Source: Sphaerodactylus townsendi (taxonomy: Eukaryota). Taken from it: 64,000 nt of DNA. Every line of letters starts with the position of its first letter. Position 1 is the stretch's first letter. A program made the position numbers and the translations under genes. The notes beneath the pieces were generated by a model. That model was not told the DNA's origin. It made no database searches and saw nothing but the letters and a program-made list of their open reading frames with translations. The stretch is taken from contig NC_059433.1 in NCBI RefSeq assembly GCF_021028975.2, forward strand, positions 58,280,001-58,344,000, written 5' to 3'. Shown here piece after piece: positions 38,650-51,732 of this stretch.

Positions 38650-39197
38650 TACCTTCCACTCCTACCCTCTAGCAGCTTCCCACAGAAGTACGAAGAAAAT
38701 TTAACGTCAGTCCACCCTACCTTTAGTAGGCAGGACCGCGCATGCGCCTCTCCAGCACCCGGCGCTGTTTGAATCGCCTGTTATCGGCAGTCTCCAACTG
38801 GAGAACATACGGGTAACCTAAGGAGACTCTGGCGCATGCGCAAATATCTTTCTCTCCTTCACGTGACGTGAGGCGGAGACGGAAAGGGAAAGGTCGCCTG
38901 CGACGTCGTCAGTGGAGGAGGGGGGAAGAGCGGAAGGTCAGGGAGCCGCGGAGCGGAAGTGGGAGCCGGAGCGCGTCCGCCATTGTGGGAAAGCGGAGCC
39001 CGGAGCTGGGGAGGGGAGCCGTGCGGTGTCCAGCGGGTCGCATTCGGTGGCACCGGCCAGGCCAGGAGTGTCTGGGCTGCGGAGACAATCAAGCGGAGGC
39101 GGCGAAGGCGGCGGCGGGGACGGCGACCTGCGAAAGATAAGGCGGAGGAGGAGGCCCAAGCGGAGCTGGGTGAGGGGATCGCGGTTCCCCGTGAAGA
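38650..39197. promoter_or_regulatory. Bidirectional CpG-island promoter shared by YTHDF3 (+) and the RNF4-like gene (-)
   Basis: NRF1 palindromes GCGCATGCGC at 38738-38747 and 38832-38841; E-box/CRE TCACGTGACGTGA at 38859-38871; ETS/GABP CGGAAGTG at 38954; YY1-like CCGCCATTGT at 38977. Confidence 0.8.
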
Positions 39198-39221
39198 ATG
39201 TCAGCCACCAGCGTCGACCAG
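39198..39221 (+). CDS. YTHDF3: YTHDF3 exon 1 (MSATSVDQ)
   Basis: Matches the YTHDF3 N-terminus; CAG|GT donor. Confidence 0.93.
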
Positions 39222-40478
39222 GTATCGCCTGAGCCTTTCCCGCGCGGCGCCCCTTCGCCCCTCTCCTCCTCCTGCCACTCGGCCCCTGGACATAGCGGGG
39301 ATCCGTGCCCGCTACATCCGAGGCCGTGCGACTCCTCCCCGTTCCCAGGACCGCCCCCTCCGCGAGCCTGGAGGCCGCTCAGCCCCGGCCTGGGGCCTTC
39401 CCGCGGCGGCCGTGTTGCTGGCTTTCCCAAGCAGGGCCCTCTCCTGCAAACGGCCACGGCTTGGCTTCCTTTTTGTTATTGTTTTCCCTTCCCTGTTGCT
39501 CCCGCTTCGCCCTGTGCCGCATCCAGTCCTCGGATTCCATCTCTAATTTCTACCCCTAAACGGGGCCTTCGGCTGGAGATTTTCCTGTCTTAATCGTCGC
39601 CACTTTCCTTCTTTATTTCTGCTACGGTTCCCCGCTCTCCTTTGCAGCCATTTTTCGGCCTCTCCCTCTTCGGTAACATATTTTCAAACCGTTTTTTATT
39701 GCCCAAATTTGTATGCGTCTTGTTTTTCATGCCACTGAGTTATTATTTTCCTCCCCCCCCCCCCCATCCTTTGTCGGTCTTTAACTGCTGAAACGTTTGA
39801 AGTTTTAGGTTTGAAGTAATCGTGGTTCATACGGAAAAAATCATTTATAAAGAGCAACCCAAATCTGGTGTGAAAGAAAGTAAAATGTCATGCCAATGGG
39901 AGAGAGGATAACTTGTTTTAGAAAATTCTGAATTTTCAGCCTGTTAACTAATATTAAGAAAAACGATTTTGACATATTGTCCCTGTGTACTTCTTGAGAC
40001 TGTTATTTGGCATTGTAGAAGGCCTGGTAACTTTCTCATTTGGCTAAGTGGCAGGACTTGGAATATAGAGTACTGTTGCAACTGTGTTAAGCACTGTCTG
40101 TTTTTGCAAACTGCATGTTATGACTGTTGGGGTGTTTTTTTTTAGTTGGGCTTTTAGTCGTGAGAATATGTATTGTATTGTGAGGCATTCAGCTTATGTA
40201 TAAATACAAACAGTATTTTTTGTAATTATATCCCCTAAGACTTCACAAACATGAAACATGTGATTTATATTTCTGTGTGGTAAATGTATATCTAAGTGGC
40301 TTCTAACTTTTTTGGTAAGCAGCACTGTGAGCAACACTTGCTAACTTATTGTGGTTGAGATATATAACAAGCCATTTTACCATCATTTTGGTTTTATTTA
40401 GAATTATGGTTATAATGTGAATATATTTGATATATATCAAAACTTTTAATGCTTGGTTTTTCTATTTTTTATTACTAG

Positions 40479-40503
40479 AGACCTAAAGGACAAGGAAATA
40501 AAG
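40479..40503 (+). CDS. YTHDF3: YTHDF3 exon 2 (RPKGQGNK, 25-nt microexon)
   Basis: Poly-T tract + TAG acceptor, AAG|GTAAGT donor. Confidence 0.93.
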
Positions 40504-43500
40504 GTAAGTTGATTTTATTTTTCCTTTTTAGGTTCCCAGTAATGAAAAGAGTGAAAATCTGTGATTACTCTGAAATAGGGAGGTGTTTTTTTTTAAAATT
40601 GTTGCTATTGGAGACATTCTGCTGATAGCTTATATACTGTTAGTCGTTCATTTCATTAGACTACATCAGTGTAAATAGATTGTGAATCATCTGCCCACTG
40701 CTATAAACTGGAATTTCCCATCCATTTTAGTCTCTTATACCACTTTGATACTGCTGATCAAAGGAAATACGAGTAATCAAGGGATCATATGATACGACCC
40801 CTTTCTTTGCCCAGTGGAATGTGGTCAAGTATTTGCTGTGTGCCTTTCAAATTCAAACATGCTTTGATACATTGAGATAGATGTAAAAGTTAGTCTTTTT
40901 TGCATTTATTTAAGTAGTTTTCTAGCTTAGAATTCAGTAGTTCATTTTTTATTTCTAATCACCCTTTTTTCTTTATCTTACTTTGTTACTGTTGACTTCA
41001 ATTTTTTTTCTATTCAAGTCCCATCAGTATAGATTCTCTTCCAAAGTGCATACTGTATGTAGAAAAGGATGCCCCAGACAGAGAAGAGAGCTGTATCTAA
41101 AATTTGAAACTTGTATGGGTTGGATTTGTAGGATTAAGCCTTTATATATATGGTCAACAATCACACTGTCAGTGATACATGTTGTGGTCAGAGGATATGT
41201 CCCAGCACTCCCTTTTTGCAGTAGATGTCATTGCTGATGGCACCCACAGAGAGATCCAGAGTTGGATGTTGTTTAGCCAATTGATATGCCAAATATTTCT
41301 AAACAGTATTAATTTATATCAACAAAATGTAATTGTTAACAAATTAACTTACTGGGCTACAGTGAAAAAGATTTTGCAAATGTTAGTGATTTTTAAGTGT
41401 TAGAGAAGGTTACTTTAAATTTTCTAGCCTGTTCTGACTTTTTTTAATATTAATATCAGCCTACTGTTTACAGAAGTTGAAATCAACAGAAAGTAACAGC
41501 AGTTTTAAAAACTTTTAGAGAAGCCTGCAGTTACAGTAGGTGACCAGTGGGAGAAGCCATGTCACTACGTTGACTTTGCACTGCTAGGTGTAGGGGTTCA
41601 TAAGGAATATTTAGTCCTGTTCTTTGCTTACAAAAGACACAAAACAAAGCTACCACATTGGCATTCTTGTTCTAACAAGTACTTGACAGTTGTTAAAGGA
41701 TCTTTGTTGACAATGTCTGACCAATCATAACAGAGCTGAAATAAGATTACTGTTACACTATTTTGTTGCAATAACTTAAAATATATGCAGGGCTGATCCA
41801 AAGGGTAGGTGCCTTTTACCAGTTTGTCTTTCCTGCTGCAAAATCCCACATTGCCATTGGGGTCTTGAAGATCCCTTCTCTGCAGCTGCATAATTAGGCA
41901 CTGGGGCATTCTTGGTGGGCTGCATGCTCAGATAGGTACATTCCACTCAGCTGGTGATGATTTGGATCCATCCCATATAGTGTACCTTCAACTTGTTTGT
42001 GAAGGATAGAGAATGAGTATGTCTATGTTGAAAGTATTGTAGGAATAACTCTTCCATTGGCATGGTGGTCAAAGCCCTAAAATGAAAAGACGCGAAAACT
42101 GAAATGCTCAAGTGAAAGGGAGGGACTGATTGTAGCAAATCAAACTGTTTTCTATGGATTACTTGGCCAGTATGTGTGTGTAATGGTAAATTATTGGTAG
42201 CGAATGATGAAATATAGAATGAGCTTATCCTATTGTGATATAATTAGCTATAAGAGAAAGAGTTAAAATCTGTATCTGTAGAAGTGAATGTTGAAACCTT
42301 GTTAAATATTATCTAATCTTAGGCAGTTGTTGACAGATTATGAATCTAACTGGTACTCACTGAATCAATACACCCCAGTGGTTTCTTATTAGTATCATTC
42401 TTATAAAATGTTTGCTGTTATACACCAAAGCACTTTGCAGCATATTACAGTGAGGATATTTTAATAAGTGTGGCTTTCTAAAGAGTAACAATTTGCAGGA
42501 AAGACACAAAATTTACTTTCTGGGCTGCATTGCTTCTATTAAAGTTCTAATATCAGTAAGATAATATTGATTGTGTTTTTCTCTTGGCTGAAAATTTTAA
42601 CTACAAGCAAATATGTGGCTGTCATTTTTTCCAAGCAATACTTGAACTACAATCCTAAGAACACTTTCCTGGATGTAACCTCCCATTGACTGAAATTAGA
42701 CTTATTTACAAGGAGATCAGCTAAGGATTTCCTTCTTGGTCTCATTTCAAATACACATTTAACTAAATCAAAAGAGAAAAGACTCTACTGAGACTCCAGA
42801 GGTGGAGGGTTTTCAAGTACTTGGCAAGTAAAACAAATTAAAGTGTGTGTCCCCCCCCCCTTGTGCCTGCATCATTTTTTCAATTCAGAATGCACTGTAC
42901 TAATCAAGTTCGTTTTCAATTATTTGGCATATACATTGCTTCAAATGTGAGCATTTTTGAAAATGCTCTGGAAAAGTTGCACTGGAAGATTTAATATTTC
43001 TCTGAGTCATGTGACACTTCTAAATCTTCGCATGTAAGAATTTGTGGCTTTTGGTCTTCTTTGTCCATCTCCATCCCATATTCTTGAGAGCAGAAAACCT
43101 AACAGTAAGGAAGGGTATGAAAGTGACTTCAGGTGATGTTTATAATGATGAAAGCAAGATCATAGCTCTCTCCCCACCAAGTCAAAGCAAAGGCTATCAG
43201 AAGTAAGAGAATTTTCATGCCAAAACTACTGGGGAGAAATTTTTCTGAAATACACAGATTTTTTAAAGGAAATCTGCTTCCAGTGGCACCAAACACCAAC
43301 AAGCAGTTCTTCCTGTGAATTTGTATGTTTAAAGCTCACCTGCTCAAAGCTCTGTTCTGTCTTTGTATGGTTTCAGCTTTTTATAGGGACTGTCTAACCA
43401 TCTCTGTATTTTTCTCTTACTGTGGAAAGCAGGGGTTCTTGCCCAGGAAAGACCACTAAGAGTGTGGAACGTGGCTGAATTTATAAGCTTTTCGTTTGCT

Positions 43501-45126
43501 GGGATTTAGGTCCATGTATCTGTAAATGTTGAGCAGAAAAAGCAGACCCTGATCATTTATAAATAATTATTGTAGAGGTCACTGGTGTTGTTTTCTTTTT
43601 CTAAATGATGTTAAAATCTGAAAAACAGTAAAATATGATATGAACTCTCTGAAAGTCTTGTACAGTACATGAGGCAAATGTTTCCTCTCTAAGCATAATA
43701 GCATATGTATGTTTGACTACAAAGTAGACGAGAGCATCTTTTATAACCCATTTGTTATGATGTAGCTGAAGATAAGACTTTTAATAAGTCTTAGTGGCTA
43801 GGTTCAGTGACTTTTGTTCTGTCATGGTCTTGTTGCCTTTTCTTTTTGTTTTCATTGACAATGCTCTCTGAAATTAAACTATTATTTTTTTGTAATTTTT
43901 GTTGACAAACATCCAAATGTGGTTCTTTCAACTTTTTAGTAGGTTAGAAATTAGCTCTTATAGAGTGACCCTGGAATCTTAAGAAGGATTCTTCATACCT
44001 ACTACCAGTATGAACAAGTCATTACGAAATAATCGTATCCTCTCTTGCATTCAGCTTTATTTAACATTGAGAAGTAACAAGCACCTGTTCATTCTGACAG
44101 TTTAGACATTGCACCAGTGCATTGCACCCATGCAGATCCACAAACGTGTGCTTACATTTTATTGAGGTAAATAGTAATAGAAACTACAGGTAAACTATTA
44201 TTTAGAATTACTGGATGGAGTGTGATGAAAACCCCATGGCTGGCATTGTAAACAGCCTATAACAGTTACACAGTATTGGAAAAGCAAGTCATGTTATGTT
44301 AGAAAGCTTCTAGCTTGACTATGAATTTAGAGCTGGAACGCCACAGCTGTGGCTACTCACCATGTTCCTGAAAACATGCAATGGAGTTGCAGTATTATAA
44401 CATAGTTTATCTGTGTGAAGGGGTCTTACCTGTTGCTTGCCTGTGTTCCATTTGTGGTTTTCTTGGTTGATATTAAGCAGAACTGCTTAATCTTTTTGAG
44501 GTTTGTTACTCATATTCTGGTTTTAACTGAAAATGATGTAACGATTATTGAAAGCCACCTAGAACTACAGGAAATGTGGGGTATAAATGTTTTAATAAAT
44601 TTAAAAAGTAGAACTATATCTAACCTAAACCTTTCTTATTGCTTTAACATTTCTTCTGCAGTCAGTTACAGGTTTTTTTTAAATGTATTCTTAGAGCTAC
44701 AAGAAATATTACTGTGATGGGAACAGTTTGCGTATTATTAGCCAAAATTATTTGACCTGAGCAAATTCATGTAATATTTCTAGTTGCATACTGATCTATT
44801 GAACATGTACTCTAGTTCTCATTGGAGGGCTGCTTGCCATTTATCCAATCTTATCACATTGCTGTTGTGTATCATACGTGCATCAGTCTCATAGAGACTT
44901 TTCCTTTCATCTGTGTTCTTAATATCGTGTTGTACACATAGTTTAGATGGAGGGAGGGGGGAGAGAGTTGATATTGGCTGACAACAGATTGTATACCATA
45001 TTTTGTGGGTTTTAGGATATCTTTTCTGGGACAGATTCTTGTAAAACATGCTCAATTTTTTTACTTTTTAATTAAAAGTTTAAAGCTGGCACTTCTGAAA
45101 AGTGCCTAATTTGAATTGTGTTTCAG

Positions 45127-45212
45127 TTTCAGTGCAGAACGGTTCGATTCATCAAAAGGATGCAGTAAATGATGATGATTTTGAGCCATATCTAAGTAGC
45201 CAGACAAATCAG
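45127..45212 (+). CDS. YTHDF3: YTHDF3 exon 3 ([29 protein letters not shown])
   Basis: 86 nt; TTTCAG acceptor; CAG|GTGAGT donor. Confidence 0.95.
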
Positions 45213-45450
45213 GTGAGTTAAAAGAGTATGTTGAGAAACCTGAACTAACATTGTATTTGTTTTGGCAAACTAGCTCAGTCTTTAATAAACAATGATTTGA
45301 AATAAAGTTTCTGAATTAAAGTTTCAAACAAAACTAATGACAGTTGTAAACATAATCAACTTTTCAGAGAGTTTCTTCTGCTTGAGTTCTTTATTTTTAG
45401 AGATAAACTACTGTAGGTTGGATACAATTTTCAGAAGAAATTGGTAGAGT

Positions 45451-46100
45451 TTATTTATTTATTTGTTTGTTTGTTTGTTTGTTTGTTTTATTAAATTTCT
45501 ATACCGCCCTTCCCCGAAGGGCTCAGGGTGGTGTCCATCATTCACATAACAGTTAAAATCCATTTCACCCCAATCCCAGTTAAAACCATATACAAATTAT
45601 AAAATTCAAAGTCCCGATGGCGATTAAAATTATTTCCCCTTTCCTGCCCCCCCCCCCCACAGGAAGCCAGATTTTTCCACAGAAGTGAGATGTTATCCCA
45701 GTTGGCCAAATGCCTGGCGGAACAGGTCCGTTTTACAGGCCCTGCGGAAACTCTGTATGTCCCGCAGGGCCCTGATCTCACTTGGGAGCCTGTTCCACCA
45801 CTTGTATGTCCCGCAGGGCCCTGATCTCACTTGGGAGCCTGTTCCATCGCCCTGCTAGGCCCCTCCGCTCCTCGGAGGCGGACCTCCTGGTGATCCCTGG
45901 CCCCAAAGTGATCCGGCTGGCCTCTACAAGGGCCAGGGCAGCCCTGGCCCTTGTAGAGGCCAGCCGGATCACTTTGGGGCCAGGGATCACCAGGAGGTCC
46001 GCCTCCGAGGAGCGGAGGGGCCTAGCAGGGCGATATAGGGAGAGACGGTCCCATAGGTATGCTGGTCCAAGGCCGCGAATAGCTTTAAAGGTCAAAACCA
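45451..46100 (-). mobile_element. Rearranged L2 3' fragment with an internal 44-bp tandem duplication and a 94-bp-arm perfect inverted repeat
   Basis: TFKAIRGLGPAYL..PLRSSEADLLVIPGP homologous to the 13368 ORF; (TTTA/TTTG)n tail. Confidence 0.85.
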
Positions 46101-46689
46101 GAGTTGGTGTTTTCTGACCTTTTCTTGGAATCCTGCTCCTTGTTCCAAAGTTCTGGTGTAAAGATCAGGAATCCCTTGTGGATAGAATGCAGAGTATTAT
46201 TGTGATGGAGTCTCACTTATCATTTGCCCTGATTTCCTCTTTGCTTCATCCTCCCTCCCTCACTGTAGTGCATTTTGTTTTTGAGGGTCTCCTAACTATC
46301 AGAAAGGACAGTAGAGGCAGAAAGCAGGGGCAAATTAGCTTCACTAATCCAAAATGTCACATGAAATATTTCTTTTAGAAATTGGTGAAAGTTAGTGATT
46401 TTTCCTTAGCTAATTTTTATTCTCCCATATCTTTACAACAAAAATATTCCTCACAGCAAAAATCTAACTTCTAACCCAGCCTAATTTTCCCCAATTTAAT
46501 TGAGTACTAGAGATGATATAGAAAGCAATCCGTTAAGAAATGAATTCATCCATAATCATTGAAAGGTGGTAAAATTAAGTTTGCCTATAAATAAGCAAGA
46601 ACTTCATACACATTTTTATGTCCTATAACAAAGTATTCCGATACAATATAAGATCCAGCCAGCATTGATAAGATCCAGTCAGATTTTTT

Positions 46690-46952
46690 GCTCCATCTTG
46701 GCCATTTTCCCTGTTGGCAGCAGAGGATAGGACTTAACAAGAATGAGTATAAATTACAGGTGGAGAAGATACTGGCTGAATATTAGAGGGAAACATTTAC
46801 TGTAAGAGTTGGCCCCCTAGGGGGATGGTGAACTCTCCCTCACTGGCAGTCTGCAAGAAGTGGTTTGATGAATGCTTGCCAGGGATGCTTTAGGCAGATC
46901 CTCCATTGAGCAGCGGGTTGGACTAGATGACCTTTCCCAAATCTGTGATTCT
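46690..46952 (+). mobile_element. CR1 3' fragment
   Basis: GGGTTGGACTAGATGACC...TGTGATTCT terminus. Confidence 0.65.
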
Positions 46953-48239
46953 TACTACAGGCCTTATTCCATGTGGGTTTTGTATGTGAAGATCTCAAAT
47001 TCCCGGACACAGTGGGTTTTGATGGTCAAAAGGGATCCTTTCCTCCCTTTTTCACCAGTGGAAAATGTGGTCTGAATCCAGCCTTTGTGCTTCTACTGAT
47101 ACTTGCCAGGACGTGCTATAATAAAATAACTGCCAGAAATACTAGATGTGCTCAAGACACCTGGCACCTGGGATTTTTGGAGCCCTGTGGTAGTAGTTTT
47201 GGAAAGCAGTAGCTGCAGATAGTTAATAGAATTGCCAAGTATGTATTTATTTATTGTTAATATTTGTTTTTTATGTTCATATGTATTGGTCTGTTATTCT
47301 GTTGTTATCTGTTGGTTGTTAGCTGCTCTGAGTCCTACAGGGGAGAGTGGGGGTACAAGTCCAATAAATAAATGAATTAATGAAGTATAAGATACTGTAG
47401 TGTGCTAGGATTGGGCCCTCCAGAAGTTTTTCACCAGAATGAATTTCAGTCCCCTAAGAACAGGACATCCCCAAGAACAAATGTGAGGGTGGAAGTCTGG
47501 TCTTGCATGGCAGAGGGGAATTGGCAAATAGTGCCCTGTATATGTGGATGTAGAAATTCTCTGGTGGATCCAGGCCAAGTATTGTTCATGAATGATATTG
47601 TTCATTAATGGTATATGATGAAATGAAAGGGACTTGGCATGGTGAAAAAAAATCAAAAATTTCTAAGTAGAAAAATCACTTGGCTTTTACAAGCAAATGG
47701 CATTTGCTTGTACAACCTTGAGAATTAGTCCATTGTCTTTTAGGTTGTGCAAGCAAAAGTAATCCACTTGGGTGAATTGGCAGGCCTTCAGTTCCTGAAA
47801 AGGCATTCTGTAAGTGGCCTTTGCTCCTGAGAGAAATGCTAAACAGTAATTGGTATGAAGGTGGGGATAAGTGGTTACTGTTGAATTTTTAAAGTGTTGT
47901 AAGCCACTGTGAGGATTTCAGTGGAAAAGAATATGAGGGGGGTGGGGGGTGGAACATGTTGCCGTATGATAAATATAGACAACAAACAAGAATTAGCATT
48001 AATTCTGTGGGTGCTGGCAACAGAAGTAAATCTTACAAAACATTCTGTCCATGGTTGCAATCACATTCATTTAATAGTCAAAGTTAATGCTTGCCTTCTA
48101 TTTTTTCTTGATTATGAGTTTCTGGTACAAACTATTATGAAAAAAGTTTTCCAATTGTGATCAGAATGAAGTTGAAGTGTTTTTTCACCCAATTACTCCA
48201 CTAGGTTGCTATTCTCCTTTCTTCCTCAGTTGTTACACA

Positions 48240-48386
48240 GGCCCCTTCCGCACATGCAGAATAATGCACTTTCAATCCACAATGCACTTTGCAGCTGGAT
48301 TTTACTGTGCAGAGTATCAAAATCCACTTGCAAACAATTGTGAAAGTGGGTTGAAAGTGCATTATTCTGCATGTGTGGAAGGGGCT
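48240..48386. mobile_element. PIF/Harbinger-like MITE
   Basis: ~35-bp TIRs; 3-bp TSD ACA; same family as 21377. Confidence 0.8.
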
Positions 48387-49271
48387 ACAGTGTTTTCCTT
48401 AATCTTGCCTTGGAGGAGGAATACTTGTTTGCTGATCGTAAATGTGTAGAGGGTACGTTTAAAAAAATAGGTTTCTCTGGACAGGCTAATGTTTTTGTAA
48501 CAAGTGAAGTAAAATTTCTTTTCCTATTAACTCTGTTTTTGCTAGCATCAATTACATCTTTATCAGTTAGTAGATAAAATTTGGTGTGCAGTATTTCTTA
48601 TTGTTGTGCAAATAATGGTCACAAGTGTCAGCAGAAATTAAGATCTAATATGACTGAATTAAAATACTATCTAATGTTTAATGTCTGTTTAAACAATACA
48701 ACACTAGAATGGGTAAGTATAAGAGAAGACAACTTTAAGTTATAAGTACGGTTAGCAGGATATTTCTAGCGTTGAAGATCTTTTATGCTTGCAGACATCA
48801 GGAAGTTTATTTCTTGAGTTCAGGCTCCATGCAACAGGATTCAGTCATCATTTAGCAGGTGATGAAAAACCTTCCTGGGTTTTTGTAAGAAAAATGATTG
48901 CTTTTTTGTTTTTTAATGGAATAATCAAAAGGTAGTTATATTGAGCATTCTCCTTAGTTGCCTCCCTCACTGTTGAATTCTTCCCCTCCAGAGGGAATAG
49001 GATTATTTTCCCTTTTGTTCTTGGAACTGAGTACAGTAGATTAATCAGAAGATAATTTGTATAGGTAAAATAAATCCTCAAGAATTACTAGCTTTCCTCT
49101 GTACCCATGTGCAGATCTGCATTATTCGTTTCTACCATGTAGTTTAAAAGAGTCTAATATACATTAAATGCTTATGTGGAGATAACTGCTTATTTTCTGT
49201 AGGTGTTCACAGGAGGGGCAATTACCACAGTTTTCAGTAGTATATCTACCTTCCACAATTATTTGGGTAAC

Positions 49272-49658
49272 TTATTTATTTATATTATTATTTATTGCAT
49301 TTATACCTCACCAATTCTCCCAAAGGACTCAGGGCGGCTTACAAATAAAAGCAAATAAAACAATACAATACAATAAATAAGTATAAAAATTTAACATTAT
49401 AAACTTTAAAAAAGATTACAGCAGATGAAATAAAAATCTATCTGGGGACATAGAATGAATGAACAAGCACCTCATTTAGAAGACGGGTCCGGCTGGCCTG
49501 GCAGAATAGGCCTGGCAGAACAGCTCTGTTTTACAGGCCCTGCAGAACTGAGGCAGACTGTGCAGTGCCCAGATGTTACCAGAAAGAGCGTTCCACCAGA
49601 CCGGGGCCTGGCCCGTGTCGATGCTAGTTGAATATCCCTGGGGCCTGGAACCACCAAC
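49272..49658 (-). mobile_element. L2 3' fragment
   Basis: VPGPRDIQLASTRAR motif and (TTTA)-type tail. Confidence 0.75.
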
Positions 49659-50127
49659 AAACCACCAGCTTCACAAGGAATACAAGTTTTTTACTATTGG
49701 CCATGATGCATACAACAAAGGCATGCTTCTAAGGAGAATATTTACATACTAGATTGATTGTCTCAATATCATTTATCATTTTTTAAGCTAGGGGAAGGGA
49801 AGCCAGGAGAAACAACAGGAGAATGCTTATAGCACTATAGGCTTTTAAAACATTTAATTCCAATAATTTAATTGAAAAGGTGTGTTCCTGTTTAAAGACA
49901 GTGGTCTTTATTAGATCAGCTGCCCCCTTAAGTGTTATTGAATATGTGCTTTTTTAGATGCAATTGTGTTTTTGTTTCAGCTCTTTAGTCTTTTAAGACA
50001 GCTAACCTTCAGCAAATAACTTAAATGTTTTTCTCTGATATTTGAAATACAATGCTATAAGCAAATTAAGACAGTAGATGAAGTACCAAATTTGATTCTT
50101 CTGATACTGATTTTTGTTCTACTGCAG

Positions 50128-51711
50128 AATAATAGCTATCCACCAATGTCAGACCCATACATGCCTAGTTATTATGCACCATCCATTGGATTTCCATACT
50201 CTCTGGGTGAAGCAGCTTGGTCTACAGCAGGAGATCCTCCAATGCCATACTTGACAACTTATGGACAGATGAGCAATGGTGAACACCACTACATCCCTGA
50301 CGGTGTGTTTAGTCAACCTGGGGCTTTAGGAAATACCCCTCCATTCCTTGGTCAACACGGATTTAATTTTTTTCCTGGGAATGCAGATTTCTCTACATGG
50401 GGGACAAGTGGATCTCAGGGGCAATCAACCCAAAGCTCTGCTTATAGCAGCAGCTATGGCTACCCTCCTAGCTCTCTTGGCAGAGCTATAGCCGATGGAC
50501 AGGCTGGATTTGGCAATGATACCTTAAGCAAGGTGCCTGGTATTAGCAGCATTGAGCAAGGCATGACTGGACTGAAAATTGGTGGCGATATGACAGTTGC
50601 TGTAACAAAAACAGTGGGTTCAGCTCTGAGCAGTACAGGAATGACGAGCATTGCAGCCAACAGTGTGCCTGCAGTTAGCAGTTCAGCACCGAAACCAACC
50701 TCTTGGGCTGCCATCGCTAGGAAACCTGCTAAGCCTCAGCCAAAACTTAAGCCTAAAGGTAATGTGGGAATTGGGGGTCCTGCTGTCCCACCCCCCCCTA
50801 TAAAACACAACATGAATATTGGAACTTGGGATGACAAAGGGTCTGTAGTCAAAGCTCCCCCCACCCAACCAGTACTGCCTCCTCAGACTATAATTCAGCA
50901 GCCTCAGCCATTAATTCAGCCCCCACCAATGGTGCAAAGCCAACTGCCTCAGCAGCAGCCGCAGCCACAGCAGCAACAAGGACCTCAGCAGCAGGCCCAG
51001 CCGCATCAGCTGCAGCAACAGCAGCTGCAAAATCGCTGGGTGGCTCCTCGCAATAGGGGTGTGGGCTTCAATCAGAGCAATGGAGCTGGCAATGAAAACT
51101 ATGGTATAGGTGTTATACCAGTTAGCTCTTCACCTTCTGGTGTAGAAGTGCACCCAGTACTGGAGAAACTAAAGGCCATAAATAATTATAATCCCAAAGA
51201 CTTTGACTGGAACCTGAAGAATGGTCGTGTGTTTATAATCAAAAGCTATTCAGAGGACGATATACATCGTTCCATTAAGTATTCTATCTGGTGTAGTACT
51301 GAACATGGTAATAAGCGCTTGGATGCCGCGTACCGTTCGCTGAATGGAAAAGGCCCACTCTATTTACTTTTCAGCGTGAATGGCAGTGGACACTTCTGTG
51401 GAGTGGCTGAGATGAAGTCTGTGGTGGACTACAACGCATATGCTGGTGTCTGGTCTCAGGATAAATGGAAGGGGAAGTTTGATGTTAAATGGATCTTTGT
51501 TAAAGACGTTCCGAACAACCAGCTGCGGCACATTCGTTTGGAAAACAATGACAACAAACCGGTTACCAATTCGAGGGACACTCAAGAAGTACNNNNNNNN
51601 NNNNNNNNNNNNNNNNNNNNNNNNNNNNNNNNNNNNNNNNNNNNNNNNNNNNNNNNNNNNNNNNNNNNNNNNNNNNNNNNNNNNNNNNNNNNNNNNNNNN
51701 NNNNNNNNNNN
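50128..51711 (+). CDS. YTHDF3: YTHDF3 exon 4 (P/Q/G low-complexity region and YTH m6A-binding domain); the 3' end lies in the N run and is inferred
   Basis: CTGCAG acceptor; [25 protein letters not shown]...[10 protein letters not shown] aromatic-cage tryptophans. Sequence is visible to 51592; the end assumes ~40 further conserved codons. Confidence 0.95.
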
Positions 51712-51732
51712 NNNNNNNNNNNNNNNNNNNNN
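51593..51732. other. 140-nt N run (gap or mask)
   Basis: Ns in sequence. Confidence 1.

Noticed and set aside
38859-39593. Overlapping Arg/Pro/Gly-rich ORFs, including the 131-aa MSATSVDQ... frame
   Set aside because: CpG-island artefacts; only the first 8 codons are coding before the donor at 39222
50895-51030. CAG-rich tract as a repeat expansion
   Set aside because: Normal interrupted P/Q-rich region of YTHDF3, no longer than in mammals as recalled
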